A stretch of 64,000 nt of DNA from a virus, in the IMG/VR virus record IMGVR_UViG_3300045988_166195, positions 1 to 64,000 of that record; one strand, 5' to 3'. The translations under genes were made by a program, and so were the position numbers. A model generated the notes under the pieces. The model saw only the letters and a list, made by a program, of their open reading frames with translations. It did not search any database and had not been told where the DNA came from. This document shows positions 55,547-64,000 of this stretch, piece after piece; the stretch's first letter is position 1, and every line of letters starts with the position of its first letter.

Positions 55547-56212
55547 ATGCAAGAGAACAAGAAGACGCCTGTTATTGCACGGTTCGGTGCGCTGATCGCA
55601 GGAAGCGCGATCCTCCTGGGTGGTGTCGGTGTTGCGGCAACGCACAGTGACCATGTGGCCGATGAGAATGCTCGCAACGAGGCTCAGGTGCAGCAGCTGC
55701 AATCGCAGCTCTCGTCGCTGGAAACGTCGACGACGAACAACCAAGAGGTTGTTTCGTCTGAGGCAACGGGTATGTCCCCGGCGCGTAAGCACAGCGATGA
55801 CGAGAATATGAAGGCGATCATGAAGCAGGCGCTGACGTGGTCGAATGGCAACGAGTACATCTCTGCGCGACAGGCTCTCATTGATCGTTGGCATCTGGAT
55901 GAGACCTCTCAGTTCCTCACGGTGTTCATGCCGGGGGAAGACGCTGGTGCATGGCGTACAGACTCGTCTGGAAAGACGTACTTCGCCTATGAGGGCGCAA
56001 ACTCGTCTCTCGACAGTTTCACGACCTCTGTGACAGACGTTGACGGCACGAAGTATACGTACTTTGCTGTCGTCGGTATCACGACCACAAGCACCGATGG
56101 CAAGGCGACGAGCACGTCGTACTCCACGATGCGTTACACGCTTGATAGCGATGGTTCGATCTCGGACATCACCGGTTGGGCCGGTGCTCCGGGACGCGAT
56201 CGAACCTACTGA
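55547..56212 (+). CDS. Membrane-anchored protein (start MQENKKTPVIARFG)
   Basis: Translationally coupled to the upstream gene (GGAG ... ATG). One TM helix. Confidence 0.45.
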   Translation: MQENKKTPVIARFGALIAGSAILLGGVGVAATHSDHVADENARNEAQVQQLQSQLSSLETSTTNNQEVVSSEATGMSPARKHSDDENMKAIMKQALTWSNGNEYISARQALIDRWHLDETSQFLTVFMPGEDAGAWRTDSSGKTYFAYEGANSSLDSFTTSVTDVDGTKYTYFAVVGITTTSTDGKATSTSYSTMRYTLDSDGSISDITGWAGAPGRDRTY

Positions 56213-56277
56213 GCGATGATGGGTGCGGTCCCACTCGTTCTTCCATTTTTTCACCAATAACCTGAAAGGAATCTGTT

Positions 56278-56757
56278 ATGAATCTGTCTTCTCTCATTAA
56301 CACTGCTCGCACGCCTATGACCCTTGATGAGAAGGGCTCGATTAAGCGCAGTGCTCGCATGGGCGTCTATGTTGTGGCGCGCGTTATCGGCTTTGTTTCG
56401 TGGGTTCTTGTGAGCCTATGGGTCATGCTGTGGGGTGCCCTGAAGGTCATCCCGAACATGGGTCGTCTTGTTCAAGATGGTCTTGGCGTGACGAGCGCGA
56501 ATGCCCCGAGTACGGAAGCTTTCATCGCGTACTGGGTTGCTCCTATGCTGCTCATTACGATCGTGATCTCGGCTGGTGTGATCTGGTTGTGCGCACTTGG
56601 CCATCGTGGCATGAACAAGGTGTTTGCAGCGATGCGCCGTTGGGTTGATCGCGCTGAGTTCGACACGAGCGCCAAGGCGCTTGACAAGATGTCTGAGAAG
56701 TTGTCTGAGACGTTGGAGCTGGCGAAGAAGGCAGAGAAGAAGTCGCGCCAGCGCTGA
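56278..56757 (+). CDS. Integral membrane protein (three hydrophobic helices)
   Basis: ORF track. GAAAGGAAT Shine-Dalgarno. Confidence 0.5.
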   Translation: MNLSSLINTARTPMTLDEKGSIKRSARMGVYVVARVIGFVSWVLVSLWVMLWGALKVIPNMGRLVQDGLGVTSANAPSTEAFIAYWVAPMLLITIVISAGVIWLCALGHRGMNKVFAAMRRWVDRAEFDTSAKALDKMSEKLSETLELAKKAEKKSRQR

Positions 56758-56796
56758 TCGCGTTGGGGTATCCACCAAACAACAGAAAGAAGGAAC

Positions 56797-57945
56797 ATGA
56801 GTACAGTAACAGGCATGAAGCGCTCCAACCGTTGGGCGCGACATGCGCTATCGATGCGAGGCGTTGAGTCTCGCGAGGTCAAGGGTGAAGCTGACATCAA
56901 GGTGCTCGTTGACACCTTGTACTTCACCAACCACGGGGCCAGGTCGAACTACCGACCTGTCCTCCACGTCCGAGGTCGTCTTGTGGGACTTGTCCCCTAC
57001 GGATCGCCTGAGATCGCCTATGGCGTGACAGAGGTGGATTTCGATCAGATGGACGGCGGTGCGACAACCGTCGATGCATTCTACGAGTTCACCGACGAGC
57101 AGCTCGTGTCGCTGGTCGAAAAGGGTTTCTTCAACGAGGGCTTTGAGCCACCCAGCGATCTGCTCAACCAGGTGTGGATGCTTCCGGCTCACTATGAAGG
57201 TGTTGTTATCGCACCTCGTAACGAGAACGAAGCACCCCTGGCATTCCTCGATGTCGTCGATCGGGATGGCCTGGTTGTCGACGCTGTGACATCGGGTCTG
57301 GATCTGTCCGACTACTTCCCGGATTACCTCGCTCAGATCCGTGCTCGTGATCATGAGAACGAGAAGTCTGTCGATCATGCGCTGGAGCGCACGGATCACG
57401 TGAATGACATCTTCGCTGGGATGGAGTCTCAGTTCGATGACGAGGGTACCGATGGTCGCACCAACGAGGCCGAGGGCGCATCGATCGCTCAGGCTCTCAG
57501 CGGTGAGTCGACCGTGCTACCCGTCATGGACTCGCCTCTCTTCGATGCGCTCATGCGCAACGCTCAGGCCGCTCAGCAGGCGCAGGAGACTGAGCCGGAG
57601 ATTGAGGCTGAATCCGAGATCCAGTCCGCGCCTGATGTCGAGGCTCAGCCTGAGGTCGTTGACGACGTTGAGAGCCAGCGTGCAACCCTGACGACCGATG
57701 CTCTGGCGTCGACCTTCCGTGAGGTCGTGGCCGATGTCATCAACACCTCTGTGGCTCAGAACGCGCCTGAGATTCTGGCTCAGCCCGAGGTTGATTCGAT
57801 CGAGGATCTGCACGAGGCTGTCGCTGATGCTGAACGAGACACGGAGCGCAAGCGTCTGTCGGCTCGTGAGGCTGTGGAGGCGGCGGCACCGGTCGCAACG
57901 GCGGACGAGATTGATGCTGCTGATCTCGATGATCCAGAATTCTGA
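56797..57945 (+). CDS. Acidic hypothetical protein (382 aa)
   Basis: ORF track. Followed by a terminator hairpin at 57967-58001. Confidence 0.5.
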   Translation: MSTVTGMKRSNRWARHALSMRGVESREVKGEADIKVLVDTLYFTNHGARSNYRPVLHVRGRLVGLVPYGSPEIAYGVTEVDFDQMDGGATTVDAFYEFTDEQLVSLVEKGFFNEGFEPPSDLLNQVWMLPAHYEGVVIAPRNENEAPLAFLDVVDRDGLVVDAVTSGLDLSDYFPDYLAQIRARDHENEKSVDHALERTDHVNDIFAGMESQFDDEGTDGRTNEAEGASIAQALSGESTVLPVMDSPLFDALMRNAQAAQQAQETEPEIEAESEIQSAPDVEAQPEVVDDVESQRATLTTDALASTFREVVADVINTSVAQNAPEILAQPEVDSIEDLHEAVADAERDTERKRLSAREAVEAAAPVATADEIDAADLDDPEF

Positions 57946-58074
57946 CATCATGAGCAGCAAGTAATGACAGGGGCGGTGGGGCATACCTGCCGCCCCTGTC
58001 GGCACTGCACTGTATGTATTCAACGATCTTTATTTAAAAAATAGATGCGATTTGAAGTAACTTGAAAGAAAGGT

Positions 58075-60414
58075 GTGTCGATACCGATGAGCTTGAAGCA
58101 GAGCATTGTTGTTGTCAACGAGTTCAGTGTGCCAACCCCAGGCTCGGGCAAGCATGGTGGTTCTCGTGGTGGCACACCCGGTGCTTACGTGATGCGCTAT
58201 ATGGCTCGTAAAGGCGCAACTGAGCCTGTGACGCCTATTCGTCGACGCAACACCGAGGATTTCATCCTGCGTTACATGGCACGAGAGAGCGCCACAGAAA
58301 AAGCCGTGTCGAGGCATCAGCTCAAAGACAACGTGCTGCATGTGTCCGGTCAAGGCGGCGTTGCATTCGGTTATGGTCAGCCGTCGTTGTCTGATGAAGG
58401 CGTGCGCCGTGCCAGTGCTGACATTCAGCGTTTGTTCGACAAGGGGCACACGGTGATGAAAACCGTGCTGTCTTTCAGCCCTGAGTATCTTCAGGAGACG
58501 GGCGTCGTCCCCAAGGGCTTCGTCGCACAGAACAAGGGCGATTACCGAGGTCATATCGACCAGATGCGTCTGCGTATGGCAATCATGCATGGTTTGGAGC
58601 GTATGGGGCATCGTTTTGATGACCTGCGCTACGTGGGCGTTATTCAGGTTGATACGTTGCATGTTCACTGCCACCTTGCCATGGTTGATGCTGGGCTCGG
58701 TCGACGTGTGCGTACAGAGAAGGGCATGCAACAGAAGGGTAAGCTCACCAGCACGGATATATCGCTCTTGCGACGCGGTGTTGACTCGTGGCTTGATGAG
58801 AACCAGCATGTGGCACACATGTCCAGTGCCGTGGGCTATGAGCGCATGAACGTTGCTGCGTTCGTGAAGCGTTGGGCTCATGAGAAGGTGCTCGATGAGT
58901 CACTACCCCAGTTGTTGTTGGCGTGTCTGCCTGCTGACAAGACGCTGTGGCGTTACGGGTCTCATCGACCGGAGATGCGACGTGCGAACAGTGTTGCGAC
59001 AGAGCTCGTCACTGAGTTGCTCGATCGCCTTGGTTCCCCCATGGGATCAGCCATGATCGCTGTGGAGACATATGCGAACCGTCGTGCTCATCGCGAAGGT
59101 CTGAGCGATCAGGAGAAACGAGCGTTGATTCGTCGTGGCCATGAGACGATTATGGAGCGCAGCGTCAATGGTCTGTACCAAGTGTTGCAATCTCTTCCAC
59201 CTGAGGCTCTTTCCGTGCGTACGCCGATGCTCACTGTGATGAGCCAGGATGTGGAGACGCTCATGGCAACGCAATCTCAGCGCATGAAGACCCAGGCTCA
59301 GGGTATGAGCGTTGATGATGATCTAGTGGGATTCTCACTGCGCCTTCGATCGTATGGAGCTCGTCTACGGGAACATGATACACAGCGTGAGTATTGGCGT
59401 ATGCGTGCTGCTGACTGGGAAGCCGGTCTTCAGGCAGGCGCAGTGTCCCCACAGTCCGAGGTGATGCACAAGCTGTATCTGGAGGAAGAGGAATACCACG
59501 CTCGTTGCGTCAGTAAGTACCGATCGTTGCTCGGGCCACTAGCGGTAGGTGTTGACGGGCAGCGTCAGGATGACGACTCGTGGAAAGACGTGTTGGAGTC
59601 GGTGGATAAGCGACGCGAAGCAGTCGTTGGTCTCGAAGCTCTGCTGGCAGATCGCTCGATTCCGAAGATGAAGGATGCTGATGAAGCTGAAAAGCTTGGT
59701 GTTGCTGCTCACGGCGTGAGCGGTGGACGCTTGCTGGTAGCTGGTGGGAAAGCTGGACGGACCACTTTGAAGCAACGCTTGGAGCGTGCTCGCGCATCGC
59801 TGGCTTCCCGAACAGCCGATCTTGTGTCGATGCTGTCCGGGAAAGGACTTGTATTGCAAGCGATACAAGACGATGCGCGCGAGGATGATCAAGGTAAGCA
59901 AAGCGATGCTGTCACCGTGGTTCCAGGGGAGCGATGGGCGTTGTCTCAGACGAAGGGTATGGATCTGCACGACGTGCGTTCCGATACTGTTGTCGACATG
60001 GCGCTTGGTCGCCATGTTGCCGATCGGTTCGTTACCTGGGCGCGCAGAAGGCGACAGCTTGTTGATGACGCTCAGGCGTATCTGCATGAGTCTGGTCAGG
60101 AAGACATTGTCGAGATGGTTCTTCCCCTCGATGATGTACGGCGTATGAATCGTGTTGCTGATGATCTGGAACGCCAGATGTCAGCGAAGAAGACCGGGGA
60201 TCTCATTCTCACGAGTGCTCTTAGTGATGTGGTGCCAGTAGCGAAACGTATTCGCCGTAGCGCAACAGTGACGTTTGATGAGGGTCTTGCCGGTATTGTT
60301 CGTGAGAACACATGGCGCGAGACTGAGCGTTTGGTGCCTCAACTGGAACAGGTGTTGGAAGAGAGCGACACGCAGTCTTCTGATGCCTCGATGGATTCCA
60401 TGGAATTGGGATGA
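58075..60414 (+). CDS. Conjugative relaxase (MOB-type HUH endonuclease, PF03432-like N-terminal domain)
   Basis: His triad 'VDTLHVHCHLAMVD' and N-terminal Tyr-containing 'GAYVMRYMARKG'. Long helical C-terminal extension. Confidence 0.6.
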   Translation: MSIPMSLKQSIVVVNEFSVPTPGSGKHGGSRGGTPGAYVMRYMARKGATEPVTPIRRRNTEDFILRYMARESATEKAVSRHQLKDNVLHVSGQGGVAFGYGQPSLSDEGVRRASADIQRLFDKGHTVMKTVLSFSPEYLQETGVVPKGFVAQNKGDYRGHIDQMRLRMAIMHGLERMGHRFDDLRYVGVIQVDTLHVHCHLAMVDAGLGRRVRTEKGMQQKGKLTSTDISLLRRGVDSWLDENQHVAHMSSAVGYERMNVAAFVKRWAHEKVLDESLPQLLLACLPADKTLWRYGSHRPEMRRANSVATELVTELLDRLGSPMGSAMIAVETYANRRAHREGLSDQEKRALIRRGHETIMERSVNGLYQVLQSLPPEALSVRTPMLTVMSQDVETLMATQSQRMKTQAQGMSVDDDLVGFSLRLRSYGARLREHDTQREYWRMRAADWEAGLQAGAVSPQSEVMHKLYLEEEEYHARCVSKYRSLLGPLAVGVDGQRQDDDSWKDVLESVDKRREAVVGLEALLADRSIPKMKDADEAEKLGVAAHGVSGGRLLVAGGKAGRTTLKQRLERARASLASRTADLVSMLSGKGLVLQAIQDDAREDDQGKQSDAVTVVPGERWALSQTKGMDLHDVRSDTVVDMALGRHVADRFVTWARRRRQLVDDAQAYLHESGQEDIVEMVLPLDDVRRMNRVADDLERQMSAKKTGDLILTSALSDVVPVAKRIRRSATVTFDEGLAGIVRENTWRETERLVPQLEQVLEESDTQSSDASMDSMELG

Positions 60415-60550
60415 GATTCGCCTTGACATCCAGAGTTTCTCTCGTTTATGATGAGAGAGCGCTACACGGGACAAGCCCGTGTATGTGAGAGGGCTGATTA
60501 ACCCTCGACCGACATCCTGCGGGATGAGATAAGAAAGGAGGGTGGTCATT

Positions 60551-61114
60551 ATGGCTACTCTACGTGGTAAGGGTTCGATGAAGTCGGTGGAACTGGTCGT
60601 TGTGGAGTATCCCAACGCTCATTCCAAGGATGGCAAGCGTGCCTTCCTCGACGTGATGGTTCGACCTGTTGAGGGTGCTGCCCCTCAGCGAGTTCCTCAC
60701 CTGGTTTCGACCAAGAAGGAACTCGACGGTAAGACCGTCTACGATCATCAGGCTGGCTACAGCGCTTCTCAGCGCGATGCGTTCGTTGCAGCTGCGGGCG
60801 ATAACATCGTCCAGATGCCGGAGCGCAACGGTCGACCTGGTCCGACTGTTTACGCCATTCAGGCGGATGTCATGTCCGCTTCTGGCAAGCAGACCGGCTT
60901 GGTCATCAACTCTAAGACGGTGAAGCCGTCCGAGTTGGAGCCGATCGACGAGAACATTCTCGATACGATCTACGCCGCTTCCAAGGCTGCTGCTGAGGCC
61001 GACAAGGCCCGCAAGGCTGCTGAGAAGGAGGCGCAGAACGAGGCTGCCGCCGAGGCCCAGGTTTCCGAGCCTGAGGTCGAAGAGGTTGCCGAGATCGACG
61101 AGCCTGAGTTCTGA
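60551..61114 (+). CDS. Hypothetical protein with Lys/Ala/Glu-rich acidic C-terminus
   Basis: GAAAGGAGG Shine-Dalgarno before the ATG at 60551. Confidence 0.5.
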   Translation: MATLRGKGSMKSVELVVVEYPNAHSKDGKRAFLDVMVRPVEGAAPQRVPHLVSTKKELDGKTVYDHQAGYSASQRDAFVAAAGDNIVQMPERNGRPGPTVYAIQADVMSASGKQTGLVINSKTVKPSELEPIDENILDTIYAASKAAAEADKARKAAEKEAQNEAAAEAQVSEPEVEEVAEIDEPEF

Positions 61115-61134
61115 TCGAACCTGATCTTTCACGG

Positions 61135-61168
61135 TGCCGCCCCTGCTGGTTTTTCCAGTGGGGGCGGT
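61135..61168 (+). terminator. Hairpin ccgcccctgctgg/ccagtgggggcgg with flanking T-runs
   Basis: Inverted repeat read directly. Confidence 0.55.
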
Positions 61169-61259
61169 TTCCTGTTTCTGCTCTGTTTCTATAGAAGTCA
61201 CTAACTATGCTAGAATGACTGGTACACCAGCCTAATCGATTGAAAGATGGAGGAAAGAT

Positions 61260-64000
61260 TTGTTTGATGATGAGCGTTTGAACGATAAGTACCCGATGCT
61301 GCGAGACTTTGCGGCTAAGCTTGCGCCGCCTGCTCGTGACATTGTGGGGCGAGAGAGCGAGAAGATCTCGCTCATGAGCTCCCTGGCTCGTCCTGAGATG
61401 TGTAACGTGATCTTGCTGGCCCCGCCTGGCACCGGTAAAGCTCACCCGAATGATGAGTTGATCCCTGTTGCCGATGAGCGTGGATATGTCCGTGTTGGTT
61501 TGCTCAAGGTGGGCGATCGTGTCTTTGATGAGCACGGTGAGCCTGTGACCGTGACGGGTGTGTTTCCTCAGGGGATCAAGCGTGAGTACGTCGTGGTGAC
61601 GAACCATGGCGACCGTGTGCGCTGCAACGATGAGCACCTGTGGACGGTGCGATCGGTTGGTGATGCAGAAGGTGTGCAGCAAACGATGTCACTGCGTGAG
61701 ATCATGGACGCGGGACTTATTGGTTCCGATGGCGCACCCATCTGGCAGCTTCCTGCTTCTGGTGCGCTTGTGCGACAGAGCCGTCTTCTCCCGGTTGACC
61801 CTTATGTGTGTGGTGCGCTGCTGGGCTGGGGCGTTCGCATCGATGAGCGTGGGTACGTGACCATTCCTCATGAGATGCCCGATGAAGTTTTTGTTGCTAT
61901 CGAGGACCACATGGGGTGGGAGCGTGTGTATGGCAGTGGTGACAGTGTTGAGCGTTCGACGTTTATCAACCGTGCGACAGGTAAGCGTCTGACACCTGAT
62001 GAGGTGATGACTCATCCGGTGATGACGAGTGTCATCGTTAAGCCGGAGGATCAGCGTCATATTCCGTACACGTACATCACCAGCTCGGTGAAGGATCGAG
62101 AGACTGTGCTACGAGCGCTGCGAGACAGTGAGTCGTACCGTTTGTCCCAAGGGACTGCATGGGTTGTTGATGCTGATATGCATGAGCTAGAGCGTTCTCT
62201 CGATGTGACTGGCGATATGATCGCTGAGGTGATCGACACCGATCGCGAGATTGAGATGACGTGCATCATGGTCGACTCTGAGACACACCTGTATCAGGTG
62301 GGTCGAGGCCATGTTGTCACGCACAACACGGTGCTCGTGCAGTCCTGTATGCAAGATGATCCAGAGCGTATTTACCTGGAAGTCGACATGGCAAAGATGA
62401 TCGCTGACTTGTCGAACCCTGAAGAGATGGCTGCGCGCTTGAAGGCTCTGTTTGATGAGGCTGAGAGTTTTTCTAGGTCCGAAGGTCGAGAGATCGTGCT
62501 GTTCATCGACGAGTTCCACCAGGTGGTGCAGCTGTCTGCTGCTGCCGTGGAAGCGTTGAAGCCGTTGCTTGCTGCTTCTGGATCTCGGGGTATTAAGGTT
62601 ATCGCTGCGACCACGTATGACGAGTTCAACGCTCATATCGCATCGAATCTGCCGCTTGTTGAGCGTCTCGCGCGCATTAACATTCCTCAGACGAATCGTG
62701 AGGTGACGATCGCCATCCTGAAGGGTATGGCGAAGAAGTACGGTGTCGATGAGGGGATCTTTGATGATGCTCTGTATGAGCAGATCTTTGAGTACACGAA
62801 CAGGTACGTTCCTGCCTCTGTGCAGCCTCGTAAGTCGATCCGTGTGCTCGATGCCATGGTTGGTCGTCATCGGTATCTGGGCGAGCGTATGGACAAGACG
62901 CTGTTGGCAACCGTGCTGAAGATTGAGTTCGGTGTTGAAGTGGAGATCGATGTCAATGCTGCTGAGATCAAGGCTGAGCTGGATAAGCGAGTGTTTAGTC
63001 AGGACTTTGCCACCACGTCGATTGCTCGTCGACTCCAGTTGTGCGTCGCTGGTCTGAATGACCAGAGCAAGCCTATGTCATCGCTGTTGTTCACCGGAGC
63101 GACAGGTGTGGGCAAAGCCACCACAGATTCTACTCGTGTACCAGTCTTTTCTGAGGACGGTTCTGTGGCATGGAAACTTGCTGGTGACCTTGTTGCCGGT
63201 GACTACGTGTTTGCTCGCGATGGCTCTCCGACGAAGGTACTCGGGGTGTTCCCTCAGGGGGAACGCGACGTGTATCGAGTGACAATGGGGGATGGGCGCA
63301 TTCTTGATGTGTCTGACAATCATCTGTGGGCGGTTTACCCAAATCGGCAATCGCGTGAGCAAGGTCCAACAATCTATTCGACCGAAACTCTGATGAACAA
63401 GGGTATCGTGTCGAAGTTGAACAATGGTCGTCAGGGGATGAAGTATGTTGTTCCAATGAATAAGCCAGTTCAGTGGCCTACGGTTGATCTCCCTGTGGAT
63501 CCTTACGCACTTGGAGCTTTGATTGCCAATGGTTCGCTCACTGAGAAGGCGCTTGCCATCTCTTCGGATGATGAGGAAACGGTTGCTCGCGTTGGTCAAG
63601 CTATTGGTGCTGCGTCATGGGATCAGAATGGTAACAATTACTCTTGGTACTTCGGTACAGGAGAGGTATGGGGCGATGACATGAAGCGACGGATTCAGCT
63701 CGCGGATGTGTTTGTCGGTTCGCTTTCTGAACTGATTGGTGTGAAGTCGCCTCAGCGATTTATCCCTGAGCAGTATCTACATTCGTCAATCGAGCAGCGA
63801 TGGGCGTTGGTTCAAGGGTTGTTCGATTGCGATGGCTCGATTGGTGCGCGTGATGGTGGTCGTTACAACGTTTCGTATGCTACGGCTTCGAAGCGTTTGG
63901 CCGAGGATGTTCGCATTCTTCTGTTCTCCCTTGGGGTGCCGTGTTCCGTTAACCAGCATGTGCGCGAAAGGAACGGTAATACCCAGGTTGAGTATGAGGT
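61260..64000 (+). CDS. ClpB/ClpA-like two-NBD AAA+ ATPase lacking the N-domain, interrupted by two inteins (3' partial; runs off the window)
   Basis: Translated by hand since it is absent from the ORF track for lack of a stop. TTG start after GGAGGAAAG. Exteins give 'RDIVGRESE...LLAPPGTGK|TVLVQS', 'IVLFIDEFH', 'VIAATTYDEF', 'LVERLARINIPQTN' and NBD2 'LLFTGATGVGK|...'. Confidence 0.65.
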   Translation, partial: MFDDERLNDKYPMLRDFAAKLAPPARDIVGRESEKISLMSSLARPEMCNVILLAPPGTGKAHPNDELIPVADERGYVRVGLLKVGDRVFDEHGEPVTVTGVFPQGIKREYVVVTNHGDRVRCNDEHLWTVRSVGDAEGVQQTMSLREIMDAGLIGSDGAPIWQLPASGALVRQSRLLPVDPYVCGALLGWGVRIDERGYVTIPHEMPDEVFVAIEDHMGWERVYGSGDSVERSTFINRATGKRLTPDEVMTHPVMTSVIVKPEDQRHIPYTYITSSVKDRETVLRALRDSESYRLSQGTAWVVDADMHELERSLDVTGDMIAEVIDTDREIEMTCIMVDSETHLYQVGRGHVVTHNTVLVQSCMQDDPERIYLEVDMAKMIADLSNPEEMAARLKALFDEAESFSRSEGREIVLFIDEFHQVVQLSAAAVEALKPLLAASGSRGIKVIAATTYDEFNAHIASNLPLVERLARINIPQTNREVTIAILKGMAKKYGVDEGIFDDALYEQIFEYTNRYVPASVQPRKSIRVLDAMVGRHRYLGERMDKTLLATVLKIEFGVEVEIDVNAAEIKAELDKRVFSQDFATTSIARRLQLCVAGLNDQSKPMSSLLFTGATGVGKATTDSTRVPVFSEDGSVAWKLAGDLVAGDYVFARDGSPTKVLGVFPQGERDVYRVTMGDGRILDVSDNHLWAVYPNRQSREQGPTIYSTETLMNKGIVSKLNNGRQGMKYVVPMNKPVQWPTVDLPVDPYALGALIANGSLTEKALAISSDDEETVARVGQAIGAASWDQNGNNYSWYFGTGEVWGDDMKRRIQLADVFVGSLSELIGVKSPQRFIPEQYLHSSIEQRWALVQGLFDCDGSIGARDGGRYNVSYATASKRLAEDVRILLFSLGVPCSVNQHVRERNGNTQVEYE
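61440..62327 (+). mobile_element. Intein 1 (296 aa) inserted in the NBD1 Walker A between GTGK and T; begins with Ala, ends ...VVTHN; degenerate LAGLIDADG-like motifs; Trp/Cys/Thr pattern as in class 3 inteins
   Basis: Removing 61440-62327 restores 'APPGTGKTVLVQ'. Block B 'NDEHLW', block F 'EMTCIMVD', block G 'GHVVTHN|T', and 'YVCGALLGWGVRI'. Confidence 0.6.
63117..64000 (+). mobile_element. Intein 2 (partial; end beyond window) inserted in the NBD2 Walker A after GVGK; contains LAGLIDADG homing-endonuclease motifs
   Basis: 'GATGVGK|ATTDSTRVPV...', block B 'SDNHLW', 'LGALIANGSL' and 'LVQGLFDCDGSI'. Confidence 0.55.

Overview
The window reads as an internal slice of a large Gram-positive, Actinobacteria-type (high-GC) conjugative element, either a megaplasmid or an ICE. 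No integrase or element end is visible.

Layout:
- **~1-2.1 kb:** a secreted GH16 glycoside hydrolase with a Pro-rich stalk and an LANTG sorting motif.
- **~2.2-39.6 kb:** an accessory island that looks lower in GC by eye. It holds about 50 short ORFs, almost all on the minus strand, each with a strong Shine-Dalgarno site. The island contains at least six paralogous families of unknown function and three tandem membrane-anchored His-Me nuclease paralogs. It also carries SSB, an Lsr2-like silencer, a T4-type dNMP kinase, a DUF4406-like protein, a Panacea(DUF4065)/SLOG pair and five tRNA genes (Tyr, Pro, Leu-CAA, Lys-UUU, Leu-UAG). A plus-strand block within it encodes a large LPXTG-like surface protein, the dNMP kinase, a type II partition module (iterons, RHH ParR-like, actin-like ParM) and a sortase.
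- **~39.5-61 kb:** a plus-strand backbone with an orphan DNA methyltransferase fusion (repeat region, DUF559 fold, PPY methyltransferase), a type IA topoisomerase and a Gram-positive T4SS set. The T4SS genes are VirB3-like, a VirB4-like protein with a degenerate P-loop, VirB6-like, a CwlT-like lysozyme/NlpC-P60 hydrolase, membrane proteins and a MOB relaxase.
- **61.26 kb to the window end:** a ClpB/ClpA-like two-NBD AAA+ gene in which both Walker A P-loops (GTGK|T and GVGK|T) are each split by an intein beginning with Ala. Each intein carries LAGLIDADG-like motifs.

Recurrent regulatory DNA includes a palindromic operator family ACATC-N3/4-GATGT at five or more sites, a conserved ~40-bp promoter-like element in three or four copies, and many hairpin terminators. 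No rRNA or CRISPR array was seen.
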